Below are positions 10,097-17,389 of a stretch of DNA of 64,000 nucleotides, in pieces; the first letter of the stretch is position 1, and every line of letters starts with the position of its first letter. The position numbers were made by a program, and so were the translations under genes. The stretch is taken from positions 42,121 to 106,120 of the forward strand of contig CBFIAK010000001.1 in NCBI GenBank assembly GCA_965660445.1, read 5' to 3'. Source of the DNA: Patescibacteria group bacterium. Its GTDB lineage: Bacteria > Patescibacteriota > Gracilibacteria > UBA4473. Below the pieces are notes generated by a model, which saw nothing but the letters and a program-made list of their open reading frames with translations, did not search any database and was not told the origin of the DNA.

Positions 10097-10576
10097 ATGA
10101 AAAAAGAAACAAAACCTCAAACAACCCAATCAAATGAGATCGAGACACTCATAGCAGAAAACGAGAAACTAAAAATAGAACTTGAAGAAGCAAAACAACT
10201 TCAAATAAGAGCTCTTGCTGATTTACAAAACGTACAACGACGAGAAAGCGAACAAAAATCAATGTGGTCACGTGACGCGGTAGTATTCTTTTTTCAAAAA
10301 CTCATTCCTCGATTAAACGAAGTAATGCAGTGCGGAAAACACACGCAAGATAAAAATGTTCAAAAAACCATCACGACGTTTCTTGAGAGTTTAGAAAAAC
10401 AAGGACTTGTGATGATAAACCCAAAACAAGGAGATGTTATTGATCCAAATATACACGAAGTTCTTCTTGTGGCGGAAGGCAAAAAAGACACTGTTGTGTC
10501 TGTGCTAGAAATCGGATGGCAGTTTCAAGACAGAGTCATTACTCCTGCAAAGATATCAGGCGGACAAGACGTATAG
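10097..10576 (+). CDS. grpE: Nucleotide exchange factor GrpE
   Basis: 159 aa with an N-terminal coiled coil, ALADLQNVQRR and a C-terminal beta domain. No dnaK is adjacent. Confidence 0.8.
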   Translation: MKKETKPQTTQSNEIETLIAENEKLKIELEEAKQLQIRALADLQNVQRRESEQKSMWSRDAVVFFFQKLIPRLNEVMQCGKHTQDKNVQKTITTFLESLEKQGLVMINPKQGDVIDPNIHEVLLVAEGKKDTVVSVLEIGWQFQDRVITPAKISGGQDV

Positions 10577-10594
10577 TTTATAACATTCTCTCTC

Positions 10595-10711
10595 ATGGCA
10601 AAAAAGAAAACATTTCGTATAAAAAAGAAAAAATTAGCCCTTCAAATAATCGTTTGGATTATTATTGTAGCGCTTTTAGGAACCGTCTTCTTACCTGCAT
10701 TTTTAGGCTGA
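10595..10711 (+). CDS. Candidate 38-aa membrane peptide
   Basis: ATG 10595, MAKKKTFRIKKKKLALQIIVWIIIVALLGTVFLPAFLG, i.e. a basic N-terminus plus one TM helix. Its TGA stop overlaps the mnmA ATG (TGATG at 10709-10713). It is below the ORF-track size cutoff. Confidence 0.35.
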   Translation: MAKKKTFRIKKKKLALQIIVWIIIVALLGTVFLPAFLG

Positions 10712-11787
10712 TGAATGCGTCTAAAAAAGTTCTTCTTGGGTTTTCAGGTGGGGTTGATAGTAGTGTGTGTGCTCAATTATTACAAGAACAAGGATACGAA
10801 GTAACTGGGCTTTTTTTAAAAACATGGGATGATGAACACTGCACGAGTCAACGCGATAGTTTTGATGCTCGAATGGTGGCTGACAAACTCAATATTTCTT
10901 TGTATACTTTAGACTTATCACAAGAATATAACGATTTTGTTTTTCAGTATTTTTTAGATCAAAACAGAGCTGGTCGAACACCAAATCCTGATATTTTATG
11001 TAATAAATATATAAAATTTTCAGCATTTTTGAAAAAAGCAGACGAGCTTTCGATTCCATTTATTGCAACAGGACATTATGCACATAATTACTGGAACGAA
11101 TCACAGAAAAAACAGGAGCTTTTGATTCCAAAAGACACACACAAAGACCAAACGTATTTTTTGTATACACTCAATCAAAACATACTCGCACGAACAATAT
11201 TTCCCCTTGCTCACCTCACAAAATCAGAAGTAAGACAGAAAGCTCAATTACTCACATTTCCAAATGCAGATAAAAAAGATTCTGTGGGTATTTGCATGGT
11301 AGGAGACCGAAACTACAAATCGTTTATTCAACAATACATTTCAAAAAACGAAGGACCTATTCGAGATATACGCACTCAAAAAACAATTGGATCACATGAA
11401 GGGCTCTCCTTTTATACCATTGGACAACGACGAGATTTGGGTATTGGCGGAGTTAAAGGATGTGAAGAAAAACCATGGTTTGTTGTCCGAAAAGAGAAAA
11501 CACAAAACACATTATGGGTTTCTCAATATGAAGACGATTTATTATTTTCAGAACTCACCGCTCATTCACTTCATTGGGTGAGCGGAAATGCTCCGGACAC
11601 AACCAAAACCTATACCGCTAAAATACGTTATCGCAGCGAAGGAAGTCCTTGTGAGATACGCATAGAAAATGACACCCTTCATATTCGGTTTCATAGTCCT
11701 GTTCGAGCCGTAGCAATAGGACAATCCGTCGTTTTATATGAAGGAAATAAATGTCTTGGTGGAGGAGAAATTATCGAAAGCACCTGA
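10711..11787 (+). CDS. mnmA: tRNA-specific 2-thiouridylase MnmA
   Basis: PP-loop LLGFSGGVDSSV immediately after the ATG at 10711. The track start at 10516 adds 65 non-homologous residues that overlap grpE. Confidence 0.9.
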   Translation: MNASKKVLLGFSGGVDSSVCAQLLQEQGYEVTGLFLKTWDDEHCTSQRDSFDARMVADKLNISLYTLDLSQEYNDFVFQYFLDQNRAGRTPNPDILCNKYIKFSAFLKKADELSIPFIATGHYAHNYWNESQKKQELLIPKDTHKDQTYFLYTLNQNILARTIFPLAHLTKSEVRQKAQLLTFPNADKKDSVGICMVGDRNYKSFIQQYISKNEGPIRDIRTQKTIGSHEGLSFYTIGQRRDLGIGGVKGCEEKPWFVVRKEKTQNTLWVSQYEDDLLFSELTAHSLHWVSGNAPDTTKTYTAKIRYRSEGSPCEIRIENDTLHIRFHSPVRAVAIGQSVVLYEGNKCLGGGEIIEST

Positions 11788-11826
11788 TACTTGTCAAAAA
11801 ATATTTTGTGTCTATAGTGAAAACAC

Positions 11827-12972
11827 ATGAAAAAGCTAATTTTGACATTCATATTTTTGATGGGACTTATCCCAGGTATTACTACTCATGCACAACGAGT
11901 ACCAACTCTTGATTTCTTTCACGGAGAAACGTGTCCACATTGCCATAGAGAAAAAGAATGGTTTCCTGATCTTCAAAAACTCTACCCAGATCTTCAAATT
12001 AATGAATATGAGGTGTGGTTTAATGCGGAAAATAATGAGTTAATGAAACAACGTTTGCGAGAACTCGGGCAAACATCTTCAGGAGTACCAACAAATATTA
12101 TTGAAACAGATGTTGTGGTTGGGTTTCGACCTGACGATATTCTTGCCGCGCTTGAAAAACACTATGGACCACCACAAGAAATAAGCGCAGACTCTCAAAC
12201 CACTACGCCAGAGGTAGACGATGAATCGTGGCGAAAATATCTTGATAAATCATGGCCCATCATGAGTATTATTTTAGGAATAGTCGATGGGTTTAACCCT
12301 TGTGCTATGTGGACACTCTTGATTCTTATTGGGTTTTTACTCGGTATGGAAGACACACGAAAACGATGGTTAGTGGGGAGTGTTTTTGTAGGAAGCTCTG
12401 CTATCATTTATTTTCTAGCATTGCTCGCGTATTTACTTGGGTTTGAGAGCATTCTTTTATTTGCAAGTGGAAATGTCATGGGGTGGATATTTCGAATTGT
12501 AGGGGTGCTTGCTTTAGCAACAGGAGCTATTGCCCTCAAGACTAGTTTCAAAAAAACAGTTGATTGTGATGTACGAGACGCAAAAAGCAAAAAAGAGTTT
12601 CGTGACAAACTCGCTGAAATACTGGAGCGTGATGAAATATACATGGTTCTCATTGGAGTTGTGGGGTTAGCGTTTTCGGTTAATATGGTTGAACTTTTAT
12701 GTAGCTTTGCGATTCCTACAGCCTTTACTGGAACACTCGTATCTTTAGATCTTCCGTTTTATCAACAGATAATAGCGATTGTTCTATATGACATTATGTA
12801 TATTTTAGACGATGTATTGGTACTCGTGATTGCTCTATGGACGCTCAACCTAAAAATCATTACCAACAACAAAATCATTCAGTATTCCCATTTAATAGGA
12901 GGAATTCTTCTCGTACTTATTGGTCTTCTTCTGATTTTCGATCCAGGAACACTTACACGACTCACGAGTTAA
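11827..12972 (+). CDS. Thioredoxin-fold CxxC domain fused to a DsbD/CcdA-like polytopic membrane domain
   Basis: 381 aa with a signal peptide, a CPHC motif, then about 6 TM helices with an NPC motif in the first helix. Confidence 0.5.
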   Translation: MKKLILTFIFLMGLIPGITTHAQRVPTLDFFHGETCPHCHREKEWFPDLQKLYPDLQINEYEVWFNAENNELMKQRLRELGQTSSGVPTNIIETDVVVGFRPDDILAALEKHYGPPQEISADSQTTTPEVDDESWRKYLDKSWPIMSIILGIVDGFNPCAMWTLLILIGFLLGMEDTRKRWLVGSVFVGSSAIIYFLALLAYLLGFESILLFASGNVMGWIFRIVGVLALATGAIALKTSFKKTVDCDVRDAKSKKEFRDKLAEILERDEIYMVLIGVVGLAFSVNMVELLCSFAIPTAFTGTLVSLDLPFYQQIIAIVLYDIMYILDDVLVLVIALWTLNLKIITNNKIIQYSHLIGGILLVLIGLLLIFDPGTLTRLTS

Positions 12973-13424
12973 TGAAACCAAAAACACGTCTTTCAATTGA
13001 AACTTTTTTTCAGGAATCTGAAAAATACATACAACGTGTTCGATATGAATATGGTGCTGTTTTAGATCCAAAGAACCCACAATCAACTGATTGTTCTGGG
13101 TTTTTGTATGGCTTATTCGCTCATCTCGGTATAACTATACCGAGATGCTCTATTGAACAATACGAAGCCTGTGAGATCATACATCACCCAACAGAAAAAC
13201 CGAACCCCGAAGGTGGAAAACGTGGTGATTTACTCTTTTGGTACGGAGAACGACCAAACAAAACCATGAATATAAACCATGTAGCCGTTATTGAGAAATA
13301 TCTCGGGAATCAGCAATACCAAACGATTGAGTCTGCGAGGAGCGAAAACGGAGTCGCTCGTGTTGTACGAACCCTTGAAGAAAAACATCGTATTGGACGG
13401 TTTCCTTTTTTTTGTAGCCCATGA
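12972..13424 (+). CDS. NlpC/P60 (C40) family peptidase
   Basis: 150 aa with catalytic Cys context DCSGFLYGLF and a downstream His (NHVAVI). The ATG overlaps the upstream stop (TAATG at 12970-12974). The track start at 12837 lies inside the previous gene. Confidence 0.7.
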   Translation: MKPKTRLSIETFFQESEKYIQRVRYEYGAVLDPKNPQSTDCSGFLYGLFAHLGITIPRCSIEQYEACEIIHHPTEKPNPEGGKRGDLLFWYGERPNKTMNINHVAVIEKYLGNQQYQTIESARSENGVARVVRTLEEKHRIGRFPFFCSP

Positions 13425-14086
13425 ATCACAGATTTTCAATTCTTCGTTCGGTATTAGAACTCATCACGCTGATTGCTTTTTTTTATTTAGTGGTTCATTT
13501 AAATGGGCATGCCATACTGCTCTTGCTTGATCATGGACACGCAGATCATCACCACATAACCGAGACCGTATCTATTGTGTCTCATTGGGAAGAATGGGCA
13601 TGGGGCATTGGAATAAGTCTTCTTTTTATTGGTATATGGCAAAAAACACCATTACGACACCTTATACCGTGTCAGCATGAACATTGTCACACAGAAAAAC
13701 CACTCTCCCATTTACTCGCCATTGGAGCTTTGTGTTTGCATTTTTTCCCGGAAGCAGGAATTCGATATTCATTACTCGAAACATTCTCGTTTCAATGGGA
13801 ATCAGTATTAGTACTCGTAGGGTTTATATCACACATACTGGTTGATATTCTCATTACATTTCATTTAGCGTCTTATTGGAACACACTTCCAAAACGCATA
13901 CTCTGTGTTCTCTTTATTGGAAGCATTTGGGGAGTCGCATTCTTTGCGCATAACTGGATAGACGTTATTTTTTCTCATACAACAGAGGGGTTGTTTCTTT
14001 TAATAAGCGGGTTTATACTGTCGATGTTTCTTCATCTTCCTCATAAACCAAAATCATGTGTGGTTTGTGAATCGCAACCATCATAA
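13421..14086 (+). CDS. His-rich polytopic membrane protein, function unknown
   Basis: 221 aa with several TM helices plus DHGHADHHH and CQHEHCH clusters. The start overlaps the upstream stop (ATGA). Confidence 0.5.
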   Translation: MNHRFSILRSVLELITLIAFFYLVVHLNGHAILLLLDHGHADHHHITETVSIVSHWEEWAWGIGISLLFIGIWQKTPLRHLIPCQHEHCHTEKPLSHLLAIGALCLHFFPEAGIRYSLLETFSFQWESVLVLVGFISHILVDILITFHLASYWNTLPKRILCVLFIGSIWGVAFFAHNWIDVIFSHTTEGLFLLISGFILSMFLHLPHKPKSCVVCESQPS

Positions 14087-15849
14087 TGGAACAAAAAACC
14101 GCTTTACGCATACTCAAAACCGGAGAAAACGTTTTTTTAACAGGTGCAGCAGGAACAGGAAAAACGTATGTATTGCATCAATTTATAAAATGGCTCTACA
14201 CACATCGCATATCAGTGGCTATTACGGCTTCCACTGGAATTGCCAGTTCTCATATTGCTGGGCAAACGATTCATAGTTGGAGTGGTATTGGTATTCGAGA
14301 AACACTCACTCGCAAAGACTGTGATACGATTGCTCGTAAAAAAGTGGTACGTGAACGAATTGAGTCGACTCATGTTTTGATCATTGATGAGATGTCGATG
14401 ATTTCTCGCCAAACACTTGAGGCTCTTGATGAACTGTTTCGGTTTATACGGTTATCAAACGCACCGTTTGGTGGTATGCAAGTGGTGGTATGTGGAGACT
14501 TTTTTCAGCTTCCACCAGTAAGCAAAACCCCTATACCCAACACACAAAAATTTGCGTTTATGTCTCCTTTATGGGGGCAAGCAAGGTTTCAGGTGTGTTA
14601 CTTAAAAGACCAGTTTCGACAAAACGAAGACGATCTCGCTGGGTTTTTGGACGAAATTCGGTCAGGAGAAGTATCAGATAGTCGTATCAATCAGCTCCAA
14701 GAGTGTATTGAACGCACGCAAGAAGAAACTCCGGAACAAACCTATACGAAACTCTATACACATAACATTGATGTGGATACATTAAACGAAAAAGAACTAA
14801 ACGCGCTGCCCTCTCCGGGATATGAGTTTGTAGGCATGGGATCAGGTGACAAATCGGGCATAGAAATACTAATGAAATCAGTATTAGTACCGCACCGTAT
14901 GGTATTAAAAAAAGGAGCTCCTGTTATGTTTATTAAAAATAATCCAAAAGTGGGATACCACAATGGAACACTTGGCACCATTACTGATTTTACATCAGAA
15001 GGGTTTCCCGTGGTCACGACACGAGACGATCGAGATATTTATGTAACACAGGAAGAATGGAGTATTCGTGATCGGTACGGAACACCTCAATCAACGTATA
15101 GCCATATTCCATTACGCCTCGCATGGGCTATTACCGTACATAAAAGCCAAGGGATGACACTTGATGAAGCAGAAATGGATTTATCAAAGACGTTTGAAAC
15201 AGGGCAAGGATATGTCGCGTTATCGAGAGTACGCAATTGGAGAGGATTAAGACTTCTCGGATGTAATAGCACAGCATTACAGATTGATCCACTTGTATTA
15301 CAAGCCGATAAACGGTTTCAAGAACTCTCACAAGACGGAGAACAAAACATACTCAATACCGATTCATCATTGATTGAAAAACGTATTGAAGACAGACGTT
15401 TATCACAAGAAAATTCTATGAAAGAAGAAGAAATGCCTTTGTTTCTCTCTGAAAAAAAGAAAGTAAAAATAAAGAAGAGTGTAGTCAAACCAGAACCTCA
15501 AAAAAAAGTATCAACCTATAGTGTGACCAAATCGTTATTACTCGAGAAAAAGCCAATTGAGTCTATTATGGAAGCACGAGGAATGAATTATGATACGATT
15601 ATCAAACACATTGAACATTTAGTCATAGAAACACCTGATTTAGATATCGATTATTTACGTCCTGAAAAAAAAGACATGGCAAAAATGACGATGGGGTTCA
15701 TACAAGCAGAACAGAAAGCAACCGCTGAAGACCGTGATAAAGACGGACATGTAAAACTCAAACTTGTTTTTGAGACTCTTAATGAGTCTTATTTCTATAA
15801 CGATTTAAAAATCGCACGACTTTTTTTATTAGACCGCACAAAAAACTAA
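14086..15849 (+). CDS. Pif1/RecD-like SF1B DNA helicase with C-terminal helix-turn-helix-like extension
   Basis: 587 aa with Walker A GAAGTGKT, Walker B LIIDEMSM, GDFFQLPPV, TVHKSQG and YVALSRV. The start overlaps the upstream stop (TAATG). Confidence 0.8.
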   Translation: MEQKTALRILKTGENVFLTGAAGTGKTYVLHQFIKWLYTHRISVAITASTGIASSHIAGQTIHSWSGIGIRETLTRKDCDTIARKKVVRERIESTHVLIIDEMSMISRQTLEALDELFRFIRLSNAPFGGMQVVVCGDFFQLPPVSKTPIPNTQKFAFMSPLWGQARFQVCYLKDQFRQNEDDLAGFLDEIRSGEVSDSRINQLQECIERTQEETPEQTYTKLYTHNIDVDTLNEKELNALPSPGYEFVGMGSGDKSGIEILMKSVLVPHRMVLKKGAPVMFIKNNPKVGYHNGTLGTITDFTSEGFPVVTTRDDRDIYVTQEEWSIRDRYGTPQSTYSHIPLRLAWAITVHKSQGMTLDEAEMDLSKTFETGQGYVALSRVRNWRGLRLLGCNSTALQIDPLVLQADKRFQELSQDGEQNILNTDSSLIEKRIEDRRLSQENSMKEEEMPLFLSEKKKVKIKKSVVKPEPQKKVSTYSVTKSLLLEKKPIESIMEARGMNYDTIIKHIEHLVIETPDLDIDYLRPEKKDMAKMTMGFIQAEQKATAEDRDKDGHVKLKLVFETLNESYFYNDLKIARLFLLDRTKN

Positions 15850-15850
15850 T

Positions 15851-16282
15851 ATGAAAGAGAACCAAATAGCCATTTCATGGGATGACGAACACGAAATGAA
15901 AACAGAATGGATTCAGTTAGAAAAAGCCATTACTGATAGAGGATCAAAATATAGTATTACGGCTGGCAGAGTAAGAACCAATACTGAAATAAAACAGTTT
16001 CTAAAGAAAGTGAAATCCAATAAAAAGTATGCAAAAGCGACACATAATACATATGCCGTTCGTGTTCGAAAAGACGGAAAAGTTTACGAAAGTAAGAACG
16101 ATGACGGCGAAACAGGAGCGGGGATGGTTATTTTAAGACAACTACGCAATCACAACTGGGTAAATATAGTGGTAGTGGTGACACGTTGGTTTGGAGGAAT
16201 ACAATTGCATGCCGATCGGTTTCGACATGTGCAAGATGGAACTGATATGATACTGAATGTTCTGGAAACAAAAAAAGAATAG
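15851..16282 (+). CDS. yigZ: YigZ/IMPACT (UPF0029) family protein, N-terminal domain only
   Basis: 143 aa with GSKYSI..AKATHNTYA..DDGE..AG, characteristic of the IMPACT N-terminal domain. Confidence 0.65.
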   Translation: MKENQIAISWDDEHEMKTEWIQLEKAITDRGSKYSITAGRVRTNTEIKQFLKKVKSNKKYAKATHNTYAVRVRKDGKVYESKNDDGETGAGMVILRQLRNHNWVNIVVVVTRWFGGIQLHADRFRHVQDGTDMILNVLETKKE

Positions 16283-16338
16283 ATTTTTCGCAAAAACGAG
16301 GTACAGTTTGAACAATTATTATTTCGTATTCCACAAAG

Positions 16339-17208
16339 ATGACCATTCCTCCAGAAGTGATGACACAGATTAAAAAAGCTCAACAAGGAGAAATGACTGA
16401 GTATTATATCTACACAGCGTTATCGCAGAGAGTTTCCCATACACACAACCGAGACATTTTAACCCGCATTGCTGAACAAGAAAAATCACACAGTGAGTTT
16501 TGGGCACAATACACAGGCACACAAGCCACACCAAACGCATGGAAAGTATGGTGGTTTACAACTATTGCTCGTTTATTTGGGCTTACGTTTGGATTAAGAC
16601 TTATGGAAAAAGGCGAAGTACATGCACAAAGCATGTACGCATCAATTATCGAGTATGTACCTGAAGGCAAATCTATACTTGAAGACGAAAAACAACACGA
16701 ACAAGAACTCATCGAATTACTCCATGAAAAAAAACTCGATTACATGGGTTCGGTTGTTTTAGGACTTAACGATGCGTTGGTAGAACTAACAGGCGCACTA
16801 GCAGGATTATCGTTTGCGTTTCAGAACACACATCTTATTGCTGTCACAGGGCTCATTACAGGTGTAGCAGCATCGTTTTCGATGGCAGCATCTGAATATT
16901 TATCAAATAAAGCAGATGGGAACAAAGATGCTCATATATCGGCTTTGTATACAGGGTTAGCCTATATTGGAACGGTTCTCTTTTTAGTCACTCCATTTTT
17001 CGTATTCACGCATTACGCAGTTGCTTTGGGAGTTTCGCTCAGTATATCAATTTTGATTATTTTCTTTTTCAATTTTTACCTCTCTATTGCACGAAACACA
17101 GAGTTTTGGAAACGTTTTTTTGAGATGGCGGGTATTAGTCTTGGTGTATCAGCTCTGAGTTTTGGTATTGGTATTTTTGTACGATTTTATTTTGGGATTG
17201 AGGTATAG
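16339..17208 (+). CDS. Ferritin-like domain fused to a VIT1/CCC1-family iron/manganese transporter
   Basis: 289 aa with an N-terminal rubrerythrin/ferritin-like ExxH segments (EQEKSHSEF, EDEKQHEQE) followed by VIT1-like TM helices (GLNDALVELTGALAG). Confidence 0.65.
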   Translation: MTIPPEVMTQIKKAQQGEMTEYYIYTALSQRVSHTHNRDILTRIAEQEKSHSEFWAQYTGTQATPNAWKVWWFTTIARLFGLTFGLRLMEKGEVHAQSMYASIIEYVPEGKSILEDEKQHEQELIELLHEKKLDYMGSVVLGLNDALVELTGALAGLSFAFQNTHLIAVTGLITGVAASFSMAASEYLSNKADGNKDAHISALYTGLAYIGTVLFLVTPFFVFTHYAVALGVSLSISILIIFFFNFYLSIARNTEFWKRFFEMAGISLGVSALSFGIGIFVRFYFGIEV

Positions 17209-17298
17209 CAAACACCAACCGTGTCCCGATATATCGAGAAACAGTATCCCTCCTTTTCATTGCCTCGTTTCACTCGTTATTCAAAGCACATTCAACTG

Positions 17299-17387
17299 TG
17301 GCGGGCAGAATATGTCTCCTACCCTTTATAGCTATTATTTAATATTTCAATGAGACAAACAAGACACTATAAAAAAGGGTGTCTCAA
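17299..17387. repeat. attL-like site: TGGCGG core plus P'-type arm
   Basis: TGGCGGGCAG..GTCTC.. then CAATGAGACAAACAAGACACTATAAAAAAGGGTGTCTCAA, which includes the hairpin GAGACAC-N11-GTGTCTC. It is nearly identical to 20425-20467. Confidence 0.55.
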
Positions 17388-17389
17388 AA

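Noticed and set aside
10516-10710. Long N-terminal extensions in the ORF track, e.g. mnmA from 10516, NlpC/P60 from 12837, tatD from 37532, topA from 33876, uvrA from 44583, trxB from 53253, ftsH from 62055
   Set aside because: The extensions start at TTG/GTG or overlap the preceding gene, and they precede the conserved N-terminal motifs. The first ATG next to the conserved start was used instead.
17299-17310. TGGCGGGCAG at 17299 and 20358 as 3' ends of additional tRNA genes (reverse complement CTGCCCGCCA)
   Set aside because: No T-arm (GGTTCGAATCC-like) or cloverleaf can be built from the adjacent sequence. They are better explained as att core plus element arm.
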